A stretch of DNA of 64,000 bases from positions 620,001-684,000 of the forward strand of contig MCFH01000002.1 in NCBI GenBank assembly GCA_002104945.1, written 5' to 3'. Shown here piece after piece: positions 39,245 through 51,541 of the stretch. Made by a program: the position numbers and the translations under genes. The notes below the pieces were generated by a model. That model worked only from the letters and a program-made list of their open reading frames with translations, searched no databases and was not told where the DNA came from. How positions within the stretch are numbered: position 1 is the stretch's first letter; each line of letters starts with the position of its first letter. The DNA is from Piromyces finnis finn. Taxonomy: Eukaryota > Fungi > Neocallimastigomycota.

Positions 39245-40354
39245 TTAATTCTTTTTTATTGTATTTAATATTCTTTTTGAAATGTTACTGCATATTAACA
39301 TCCAAATAAAAATATAAATAGCACCTATTAGTTAAAATAATATGGGAGGAGGGAAGGAGTGAAAAATAACAATAATATATACAATTTTTTTTATAAAAAA
39401 CAATATATATAATAGTTAGAATTGATATATATATTTTTGGTATGTAAATATGTAGTATAATTACAAAGTATTTATTATATTTTAAAAAGATAAAAAAAGA
39501 AATTACCATTTGATGTAAAGAAATATGTAAATTGACCAAGCCATTCCTTTGAAGCATAGAACATTGGTTGTTTTCTACATATTAAGTATAATATCATTCT
39601 TATAATAACTAAAAAAACTTTTAATCCTAAATTTATCATCATAGTTGCTTGAGTTTGAATACTATTTCCTTTTGATGCTATAGTTTAACAATATACAATC
39701 ATGATTATATATCCAGAAATATAAATTATTAATTAATTGTTTATTTTATAAATAAATGTGTAGGAGATTAATTTCTTTGATTATAATAATAAATAATAAT
39801 TCTATTTGTGTTTATGCTAAAAAAAAAAAAAATTACATTCTTCTTCGTATTTTGCAGTTGCAGCAGTAAGTTTTCTATTAACTTTAACCCATTTTGCAAA
39901 TTCATCCTATTTAAAGATTTAGATTGAAACATTTTTTTTTTTTAATAAACAATTTTTATCATTTGAATATTTTATTGTTATTTTTTTATAAAGTGTAAAA
40001 TAAATTTCTTACTTGGCAACTAATATCATTTAATTTCTTTTTTAAGTGTAAAACTTCTTTTTTATGCTTAGCAATGCTGTTAAAGAGTTCACTTTCAAAG
40101 AACTTGCAGTAGAATAATGATATCTAGGAATTGAAAAGAGAATAATCGAAGAAATTTTATTTAGTGAAATTTTTGATTGGTCCATAGTATAAATATTATT
40201 AAAGATGTTGGGGGTGGTACTGATAATTTCTTCAATATATAGTTTATTTTTATAAAATACAAAAATGACTTACAATAGAAGCTACTTTAGAATATCCAAA
40301 AAAGGATATACCTTCTAATATGAATACTACAATGAAAACTATTATTGGATTCAT
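39245..40354 (-). CDS. GET1: Get1/WRB (CHD5-like) tail-anchored protein insertase, 5 exons, ~180 aa
   Basis: Spliced translation: MNPIIVFIVVFILEGISFFGYSKVASIISLFYCKFF...KKEVLHLKKKLNDISCQDEFAKWVKVNRKLTAATAKYEE...LKVFLVIIRMILYLICRKQPMFYASKEWLGQFTYFFTSNGAIYIFIWMLIC. It has the S.QDEFAKW.K..R coiled-coil hallmark and three TM segments. The ORF track misses it. Confidence 0.9.
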
Positions 40355-41116
40355 TTTTTTCTATTTATATTTCTTTTATATATATGTGTACTAGAAATAA
40401 ATAAAAAAATAAAAAAAAAAAAAAATGAAATGTTATTTTTTTTTTAATATAATAATTAAAAAATTGAAAATAATAAAGAAAAAAGTAATTTTTCAATTAT
40501 TATATATTTTTAATTATTTACTTTACTAAAGTTCTTTCTTTTCTAAATATTACTCAATAATATTTTAATTTATTTTTTATTACTATTTTTTTTTATTATT
40601 ATCTTTTAATTTTTAGATTGATGTATTATTCTTATTTGTTTTTTTTTTTTTTTAAGTTTTCAATAAGAATTGGAATATTAAATTAATTGAAATGATAATA
40701 AAAATGATTAAGATAATATCTATTATTTTAATATATTTTTATTATTATCCTTTTCTCTTTTATGATATAGATTGAGAGTAATTATAAATTTATCTTAATT
40801 TGTATTTTTTAATTAAATATTATTAGTATTTACAATAAAGCATTTAAATATCTTGATGAATATATATAAATATATTTATAAATATTATATATATATTATT
40901 TTTTATTTTATTTTATTTTATTTTTTTTTAAAAATAACAAATATTATTAAATGTTGAATTTTATATTGTTTTGAAATATTTTAAATTAAGTGTTGTATTA
41001 TTATTATTATTATTATTACTAAAATGTTATTATTTCTTTTTACATCTTTATTTTTTTTTTTTTAGTGAAAAACTGACATTTATATTAGTAATTCCTTAGT
41101 TTATTATTTTCTTTTA

Positions 41117-41152
<36 letters not shown>

Positions 41153-42279
41153 AGAACAGAATAAAACAAAGAAATTTAGAGATTAAAATTGAAAAAAAAA
41201 AAAGAAAAATAATAATAATAATAATAGTAATTATAATACTAATGAATATATATATTTATTAAATTATTTAATTATTATTATTATTATTATTTTTCTATTT
41301 GCGTTATTGATGTTTTATTATTATTATTATTTTTATTTTTTTTTTTATTTTAATTATTATTTATATTAATTGTATTAAAATGAAGAATTAAAAAAAAAAA
41401 AAAGAAAAAGAAAAAAGTTCTCTTTACCATAGGTGCTAATATCAATAAAAAAAGAATTTTTTTTTTTTTTTGTTACGTAGGCAGGTTGACGTTTTTGTTA
41501 TTTCTTTCTGTCTTTTTCCCATTAATTTTATTTCCTTTTTTATATAGGATGATCAAAGTTTATATATAAATTTTTATATATGATTCAATATATCACTCAA
41601 TATAATAATAATTATTAATTTGATTTATTTGATTTTATTTGAACATATACTAAGGATAATTTAATTAAAAATAATTAATATAGATAAAAAAGGATAATCC
41701 ATTTCATTCATTGGTTATTAAAAAACATAAATTAATGTTAAATTGTACATTAATGTAATTTATATAGTGTGATGATTCATATAGGCTCAAGTCACATACT
41801 ATTTTATATCACATACAAAAATGAAATTATATAGAAGAGAACAATTTTTTTTCATATCAATATATATAAGAAATATAAAGAAAAAGGATAGGCTATATTA
41901 TTATTTATTTATTATAATACTTTTATAACCTATTTATTTATTTACTTTTAAACAAGTTATAAAACATGACAATATATTATATTATAGATAATAAGAATAC
42001 CTAATTTATATTAAATATATATATTTTTGTATTATTGGATAGTTAAATTGTTTAAATATTTTATATGCTTTTTTTCGATACTTTTTTATTTTTGCTGTAA
42101 TTTCTATTTTTATTTATTTATTTATTATTATTATTTTTATGCATTTATATTTATTTATTATCTTTTTATTAATTGTCATCAACATCATTGTAATTATTAT
42201 TAATTTCTTCAATGATTTCTTTAATGATTTTTTCTTTTTTTTTCTTTTTTTCTTTTTTTTTTTTTTTAAAAAAGCTGAA

Positions 42280-44227
42280 TTAAAAAGTTCCAACAGGCAA
42301 TTTTGAAGCTGTCACTGATAATAATTTCCATTCATCATGAAGCATTGATACAATCCTCATTTGTAATTGTATATATTCAGAATACATATTAGCAATTTGT
42401 ATTTTTTGTGCTTCTAAGAAATTGGCTTCACTAAATATACAGTATTTTATGAATTTTAATTTTCTTTCCATTGTTGATTTATCTTGTTGATCCTATTTTT
42501 AAACAAATATTATATTTATATATTAATTATTAATTAGCATTATTCTTTTATTTTTTTTTTCTTTCAAATGAATAATATTATTCAATTTTTAGTTTTTATT
42601 ATTCTCCATTATAAATCCTGAATTTTACCTGTGTAACTAAGATTTCTAGTTTTTCTTTTTCCTTATCTCTTATATTATTATCCAGTAATCTTTCCATAGT
42701 TACTTTTATACGTTTATCTATTTGAACCAAACTACCATTGATTTTATTAATCATTGTATCTTTAGTTTGGAGAAGATTCTATTATTATTATTATTATTAT
42801 TATTTTTAGATCATTAAAATTTAGTATATAAGCAGCTTGTAATTTATTATTATCATTATTTATTATTATTTGTATTACATCAAATCCTTCTATAATTTCC
42901 TTTTGCGTTTGAATACATTCTACAATACCAAATAAAGTTTCTTGATGCTAATAATTATTTATATAAAATAAATGAAAAAAAAAAAAAAAGTTATTAATTA
43001 TATTAATAACGATAATAATAACAACAATAATAATTGAAAATAAATAATGATGATAATTTACATTTTCATGTAAAATAGATGATATTTTTTGAAAACCATC
43101 TGCTAAACGAGCATAACCATTATATAAAAGCTTGAAATTATATGAATCAAAACCTAGAAAATCTTTGAATTCAGACATTTGACTATTCAATTTTTTAATA
43201 TATATAAAATTGAATAGAATATTTTTTTGTTAATAAAACAAAACATTGGATATCTAAAAATAAAAAAAAAAAAAAAAAAAAAAAAAACTTAAAGTATAAT
43301 GATTTTATTAGTTCTTTTTTTCTTTACCCTAATGAATAGCCTATATTTGTATATTCATTTGATGATGCTATTGTTTATTTTTTTTTTTTTTTATTTTATA
43401 TATAATTGAGTATGTATTAATAGTATTATGATTTAATTATTAAATCGTTTTTTGGTATCAATTTATTTATTTTATATTTCATTTGGTATTTACATTCAAT
43501 ATTTTTACTGATTTTTTCCATTGAGACATATAATGATTGGTATTGGTCCATTAAAAAGTTTAATCCTGATCTTAAATTTGTTAAATTTTTTTCGAAATCT
43601 AATGGAATTGAATTTGTTTGTTCTGATGTTATAAAAGTTATATCAAATTCTTCTGAAACTTCAATGTTTTCATTTTTTCTTAAGTGATATATATCCTTTG
43701 TTAAATTGATAAAATATATAATAGTATTGAAATAATATTAATTAGAATATATTGTTTTACGAATTAATTATTGTATCTAAACTTTTTAATTATTTATTTT
43801 TGATATTATACATTTATATATATAATGTATATATAATATTTACAACATCTTTATTTAAAAATTTTTTATAAAATTCATCATTTTTCATGATAGGATGGTT
43901 TCCAACATAATTTATAAAACGCGATAAACCTCTACGTCTTTTTTCAAGAAATGCTAAATCATTTGATGATGCTAATTCTTTTTGGTTAAATTATTATTAC
44001 AACAACATATTTTTATTATTTAATAGTTTTATTTTTTTTTTTAAAAAAAAAGAAACTTACTGCCTATATGTTTTGGTGGGACCTATTTATATAGATATAA
44101 TAAAGAAAATTAAAAATATTAAATATGTTTGAAAAATGATTAGAAAAAAGATTATTAAATTTGTTAGTTTTTTATTTTATTTATACTTACACTTATCACT
44201 AATTTATAGTAAATGATGATGATTATG

Positions 44228-44277
<50 letters not shown>

Positions 44278-45735
44278 TATATTTAATTCATTTTAAATCA
44301 ATACCAATAAATATAAATATAAATATAAATATAAATATAAATATAAATATAAATATAAATATAAATATAAATATAAATATAAATATAAATATAAATATAA
44401 ATATAAATATAAATATAAATATAAATATAAATATAAATATAAATATAAATATAAATATAAATATAAATATAAATATAAATATAAATATAAATATAAATAT
44501 AAATATAAATATAAATATAAATATAAATATAAATATAAAAAAATATAAATATAAATATAAATATAAATATAAAAGCCATATAAGTTATGTTTATCACACA
44601 GTAAACATTACTTATAGATATACTTTTTTTTTAGGAATATAAAAAGGATTTCATACTTATTCTAAATTGATATCTTTTACACAAAACCTCATGAAGCCAT
44701 AAAAAATCTGAATATCTTCTTATTGATGATAATTTATGGAGCTATGAAGATAAAAATAAAAATAAAAAAAAAGAGTTATAAAATAAGAAATAAAGCGTCT
44801 TTCATTCCAATATATTGTAAAAATTATTATTTTGAAATAATTGAATACCTTTGAATGAATTAAATAATTAACATGTTTGAAGACTATTCCACTTTTTTCT
44901 GGTGAAATTCGAACAGTAATAACATCTGAATCTGAATCGTTAGAATTTAAATAACTTGTTGTAGCAACTAATGATTGGGTATTATTCATATAATTTATTG
45001 GTGATTTTATAGAAGGTTGACTTGTATTTGTTACTCCTGAAGTTAACATGTCTGAATTAGTTCTTTTATCATTACTTAATTCATTATTCATTGAATTTGA
45101 TTCATTTAAATCATTTGAAGTATTAATATTTAAAGAGGTAGAGCTATCATAATTACTTTTGCTTTTATTACTTGTATCATATGTATCATACACACTGTTA
45201 CTAATGGTAGGGGGTATTGCCCATGGGTCATTTACTTTAAAATTTGGGGTTGAAGAAGTACCAAAATCATTATTAAATTTGATTTCATTGTTACTTTTCA
45301 TAGGTGAAAACATCTCATCATTTATATCCGGTGTTGATGCTGATAAACATATGCATTTTTATTAATTTCATTATATATATACAATAATGAAATTTAAAAT
45401 TTAATAAATTGAAATTTTAATTTCACATTTGAAAATGTTACATATAATATTTTATATTTAATAATAATAATAGTATATAGTATATATTTAAAAAAATATA
45501 AATTATTTTGTCAATTTTTATGATAAAAACTATTTTATGAATTTCATGTTTTACGTTTTTTATTTTTAATATCCATAATTGACTTAAGAATATCATCTCC
45601 ATCTGAAATTTCCCAAGGATTACTGGTTATATTACTCTTTTGACGTTCTGCTGATAAAATTGAAGAATTAAGATCAGGAACTAAAGGATTAATATTTGGT
45701 TTATCAATTCTAAATGGATTTTCTTCTTCTTCCAT
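42280..45735 (-). CDS. MVP1: Sorting nexin Mvp1/SNX8 (PX + BAR), multi-exon
   Basis: DVITVRISPEKSGIVFKHVNYLIHSK, RYSDFLWLHEVLCKRYQFR and FLEKRRRGLSRFINYVGNHPIMKNDE..KFL form a PX domain of the Mvp1 type. The C-terminus ERKLKFIKYCIFSEANF...EWKLLSVTASKLP resembles the Mvp1 BAR end. The N-terminus has NPF and NPW/DPW motifs. Confidence 0.88.
44307..44572. repeat. (ATAAAT)n hexanucleotide repeat, about 44 copies, in an Mvp1 intron
   Basis: Directly visible, with one interruption near 44539. It produces the spurious (YI)n ORF. Confidence 0.97.
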
Positions 45736-47828
45736 TATTATATTTTTATTATTTTTTATATTATTAATTATTTTATTTTATTTTATTTTTTTTTTTTAAA
45801 AAATATTATAATTGTTTATATTATTTATATTATTTATATATTTTAAATAATTATTTTGAATATTTATTATATTAATTAAATTTATATATATATTTTAAAC
45901 TAAATTTTATAATTTTTATAAATTAATTTTAAAAACTATAAAATAAAAAATGAAGGATACATAATATTAATGTAGTAAAAATTATATTACTCAAAACAGG
46001 TTTTTTTTATTTTTTATTTATTCACAAGATAAATGATTTTCTTTTAATATTATATTTAGTGTGTCAGTGTTATTGTTTATGTAGTTGAATAAAACTGTCG
46101 AGCTTTATAATAATATATTATTTAATAGGAAACCATTAAAATATACTTTTCAGTTTATTAAATATACATTTAAGAGAAATTAAATTTAAATTAACAATTG
46201 AATATATAATGTGTATGTGTATTTCTGAATGACATCAGTTTATTATATTATAATTAATCTATTTAAGAATGTGATGAGTTCAAGATCTATGCATTAATTT
46301 AATGTATAGTCATTCAAAGTAATTGGTATTTCAATTATGAATCAATAATAAGATATCTTTTTTTTTTTTACTAATAAATGAACTACTATGAATTATGATA
46401 ATATTATAGTATCATTAAATAAATAAAGAAATATTATTAATTATTATTAAATATTTCGTTAAAGTATTGTAAATTACATTAAATTATAAAGGGTAATAAC
46501 AGTATAAAACTTCTCTCTGTAATTTTAAAAGTTTCAATATTTAAAATATTAAAAATAAAAAAAAAATTTTTGAATTCAAATATTTTTTAATTTTAATTTT
46601 TTCTTTTGCAGAAAATTTTAATTATTTGGTTACACAAAAATTAGATAAATTTATATTCATTAAAGTTAGGATTTTTATTAAAATAATATAATTAAAGTAA
46701 TTAATAGATACTCAATAATTAAAAAATATATAGGTTTTTTTTGAGCATTGAAAAAGCCAAAAGTATGTATAAAATGATAAATATTTTATCTAAATATAAA
46801 AGTTTTTTTTTTTAAGAGAACTATAAACTAAAAGTAATAGTTAAATGTTATTGTTATATTAATAATATACTATATATGAATTATTGGATTCAAATTTATA
46901 TTTTAAATATTATGAATTATAATTTTATAATACCAATTTGATTTGATTTGACAATTATAATATAATATGGTGAATTAGTAAGTATCCTAGATTTTTGGTT
47001 ATTTTATTCAGACTATTTAGCCAGAAGAAATTCGACCTCTGCCAGATTTTAGCCATGATATTTATACATTTTCATTATTAAAAGAATATATATGTTTATT
47101 AAATATGATAACTAATAAAAGAAATATATAATAGAAGGAATAAAATTTTAAAATAACATTTTGGGAATAAAAATATGTTAATAAATGATTTAAAGTTAAG
47201 TTTATTTGGAAGTTAAAAAACAAAACAAATTAAAAAGGTATATTTTTTCTTTTTTCTTTTTCCCTTTATGATATTTTGAGAAAGAATTTTAATCTTATTT
47301 ATTAGTTTTTTTATTTTTTTTTTTTTTTATATATTATTAATTTTGATATTAATATAATAAATAGAATTTAAATTATTTAAAAAAAATTTAAAAATATAAA
47401 TATCCATTTTTAATTTTAAATAGACATTTTATTCAATTTAAAGTTTAATAATTAATAGTAATAATATTAATAATAATAATAATAATAATGATGATGATGA
47501 TGATGATAATATTTTTTTTTATAATTAAGGAAAAAAAGTATATAATTAAAATTATTAGATCTTAATAAATGTTAATGTATAACTGATATTTCTTTGTCAA
47601 ATAAATTTATATATTATTTTTAAAAAACTATCTGTATTACCATTTGATTTAATAGTTAGAAAGAATGGTTCTCTTATAAAATATAAAACCATTAATTCCT
47701 TCTAAATATAAAATTATTACCAATCATTGATAATACAATAATAATATCAAAATAATAATATAAAATTATAATAATTGTTAATTGTTAATAAAAGTGTGTT
47801 AATTTGAAATAAAAAAAAAAAAAAAAAA

Positions 47829-50185
47829 ATGGAAACAGTATCACCATCAACATGGGAAGCAAGTCAAGTTGCAACTTGGATATCATCAATTGGATTTAAT
47901 AGTTTAGAAAAAACAATTATTGGTATTATTAATTATTATTTTTTTTCGTATATATATATATATTATATTATATAATGTTTTGTTATTGTTATTATTGTTA
48001 TTAACTATTCATATTAAAAATCATATTATGGAAATTTGTTACTAATTATATAATTAATAAAATACTAAAAAAATGAAAATGATATTTTAATTTGTAATGA
48101 CTTATGATTATCAATAAATTAATAAGAAAATGGAATATCTGGCGAGTTGTTAGTTCATGCTGATCATGAATTGTTAAAAGAATTAAATGTTGGATTAGTA
48201 GGTGAAAGATTAAAGATACTAAATTCAATATATAGTCTTAAACTAAAGTATAACGTACCAATTGAGGATTACGATTATATTCCAAAATGTATATATAATT
48301 ATTATAATTAATGTATTAATATTTTTAACATTTGAAATAATTTATTAATATACATTTTTTTTTAAATAAATAGCTATAAAAATGGAAATGGAAAAAGATA
48401 TTATTTTAAATGAAACAAAATATAAAATCATTGATAACAAATATAAAGAAAGTGGTACATATTCATAATAAAACAAAAAATAAATATATACATTCATATA
48501 TATATTCAATAATAATTATAAATATAATAATAATTTATATATATCGTATATAATAAATATTATTTTATATTTTTTAACTAGAAAAATATGTAGCAAAGTT
48601 AGGTAATGAAGTTAGACTAATTAATGAAAATATTAAACAATTTAAAGAAGATATAAAAACTATTAAATTACTTATGAATAATAATGTAGTATGTTGAAAA
48701 TAATATATATAATTATTAAAAAAATATAGATATATAAATTATTATTCGTTTTAACTTTTTTTATTTTTTTTTTGCATATGATTTATTTTTCCATAATAAT
48801 ATAAATAAAAAAAAAAAAAAAAAATAGCCAAAATGCAGTGAACTCGGAAAAGTTAAATCTAATTCAAATGTTAATTTATTAGGTTTAGCATCAGCAGCAG
48901 AAACAGAAAATTCAGTAATCGTCATTTCTTTTTCATACCATTATATAATATTATATTACACCTATATATATTATATTTTAATATATATAATATTTAATTC
49001 CTATTATTGTCATTATTAATTTTATTAATAATATTAACTTTTATTTATTATATTAATAATAGAAAACAAGTGAAACTATTAGAGTTTATAGTGCATTAGA
49101 AAAACAAGAATGTGAAACATTATATAAAAGTTTGAAATTAACATCTGAAGATACAACAGAAGGATTTCTTGCTGAAGTTTTAAAGAAATATCAAATTAAA
49201 AATAATATTGCTCTTTACAGATTATCCATTAATTCAGGTAATAACAATCTCATTGATATAAAATATACATTTTCATAATATATTACTTTTAAATTATATA
49301 CATATTTATATTATATTATTTTAAAATGTTAAAAAAAAAAAGATCGTTATTTGAAAAATGATGAACATCCACTTGAAGTTCTTCTTAACTTTAGATCAAA
49401 GGGAATAGAAGCTCAACTTTTCTTAAGAAAATCTAATCCAAAGGAGGAACAAAAAGCAGATTTAAAGACTGTAGCATTGAATCCAATTCATGATATTACT
49501 GACAAGGCTTATGTTTTATTACCATATAAAAAGAAGAAGGAAAATGAAGTTTCTGTGGAACTTGGTGAGATAATTGAAATATTGGATAGAGAATCTGTTG
49601 AAAAATATAGAGTACAGAAAAAGGGTGGAATTATTGGATATTTACCAACAGAATGTTTTGTTGAAAAGGAAGAAGGAGATGAAATGGTATTATATGATAA
49701 TCCATTAGAAGGAGAAATTATAAAGGATTATAAAAAAGTCAATGCATATGAAATTAGTTTGAAAAAAGGTGACAAGATTAAGATTTATGCAAAATTTAGA
49801 ACATGGATGTATATTGACAGCTTTAAAAAACAAGGTTGGATGCCATATACCAATGTTGCGTTAAAACGTCCAAGATCATTCTCTTCACCAATGTCTCAAA
49901 ATAGAATTATTGAAGATGAGTTTAATAGTGATGATCCAAGACACTTATTATTAGAAATTAATTCTAAATCAAATTTACTAAATAGTCGTAAAATAAATAA
50001 TAGTACAAACTTTATTAGTGAAATAGAAAGGAATCAAAAAAGCTTTTTAACAGAGGGAGTAAATGAAAAAGAAAAGTTACACATTGAATCATATCTAATA
50101 GATATAGATAAAGCTGATGAACAAAATCAAGATTCAACATCTATTTCAGTGGACAGTGCTCAACAACAACAACAACAGCAACAGC

Positions 50186-50234
<49 letters not shown>

Positions 50235-50697
50235 GCAACATTCTCCTACGAGTCCAGTTCATGTTGGCCCAAATAATAATTTAACATTGATTAAAACAAA
50301 TATGTATCTTCAGCCTTCCGGTTCAAGTGATTCATTAGCAAGTGCTAATTCTACACTTTATGCCAAATTCCATCTTCCTACTCATTCTCGTAGTAATTCT
50401 ACTGATTATGGTCATACTATCCCTGAAAAGGAAGCTCATACACCTTTATCTGCTTTAACAAATAGTTCTTCTAATCCTCCATTATCTGCTGTTGGAAGAA
50501 ATACACCTGTAATTAATTCAGATAGTGAATCCACTTCAGCTGTTGAACGTACTAATAAAAATAATGCTTATACAAAGTTAAATGATTTTATTTCTAATTT
50601 CAGTCCATATGATAGTGAAGGCGAAGGTAGAAAACCATCACCAGCATTAAATAAAACCAATGCAAAACCACATCAGGTTAGTGAAAAATTAATATAA
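47829..50697 (+). CDS. STE50: Ste50/Ubc2-like MAPK adaptor: SAM, Ras-association and two SH3 domains, then a polyQ and Ser-rich tail; multi-exon
   Basis: SAM: TWEASQVATWISSIGF...ENGISGELLVHADHELLKELNVGLVGERLKILNSIYSLK. RA: SLKLTSEDTTEGFLAEVLKKYQI...RYLKNDEHPLEV....FLRK. SH3-1: AYVLLPY...GYLPTECF. SH3-2: IIKDYKK..EISLKKGDKI..W..GWMPYTNV. The 3' end may be spliced after CAG|GTTAGT near 50676. Confidence 0.8.
50161..50238 (+). repeat. Coding (CAA/CAG)26 polyglutamine tract
   Basis: 26 consecutive Gln codons in the Ste50-like ORF. Confidence 0.97.
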
Positions 50698-51541
50698 AAT
50701 AATATTATACAAAAACAAAACAAAAAAATTTAATAATAATTTTTTTTTATCTTTTTTTTTTTTTTTTTGATTATATATAAAAGAACTTTTAGATAAATAA
50801 TATAATCTATTAGTGAAAACTGTATGAAGATATATATAAATTTGATACAAAATAAATATACAACCAAATAAAACAAATAAATAAATAAAAGATTATTATA
50901 ATATAATATTTTAAAATATCTATCTATGTATATTAAATAATAACTAATAGTTATTATTATATTGTATTATTAATATTGTTATTATTATACTATTACCAAA
51001 TATCATTAATATTAATTATATAAATTATTAAACTATGCTAAAAAATGAGAAAAAGAATAATAATAATAATAATAAAAAAAAAAAAAAAAAAAAAGAAAAA
51101 TAAATAAATATATTTATTATATTTATTATTTATTTATTGTTATTATTTATATAATTAAAATATCTATATTATTTTTGAATGGATTAAAAAAAATATATAT
51201 ATATAATTGTTTAATCAACAATTAAAATATGAATTTTATTACATTGTCTTGTTTTATTATTTTTTTATGTTGCTTTTTTCCTTTCTTTTTTATTATTATT
51301 ATTAAGATTTTATTATTATATTTATTTATTTATTTTTTTTTATATTTTATATTTTATTTTATTTATATATATTTTACTATCATTATTTATAGCATTTATT
51401 TGAAATCGTTTTTATTGCTTGATTACTCCTTTTACAATTTGTAATAATGTTATTTTAACATTGGATTGTTAATCTTATTTTAAAAAATTAATTATAATTA
51501 TGATTTAAATATTGGTAATTATTAATAGGTTATATCTATGT

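Noticed and set aside
41768-41870. Box C/D snoRNA starting at GTGATGA
   Set aside because: No CTGA D box or terminal stem at a suitable distance.
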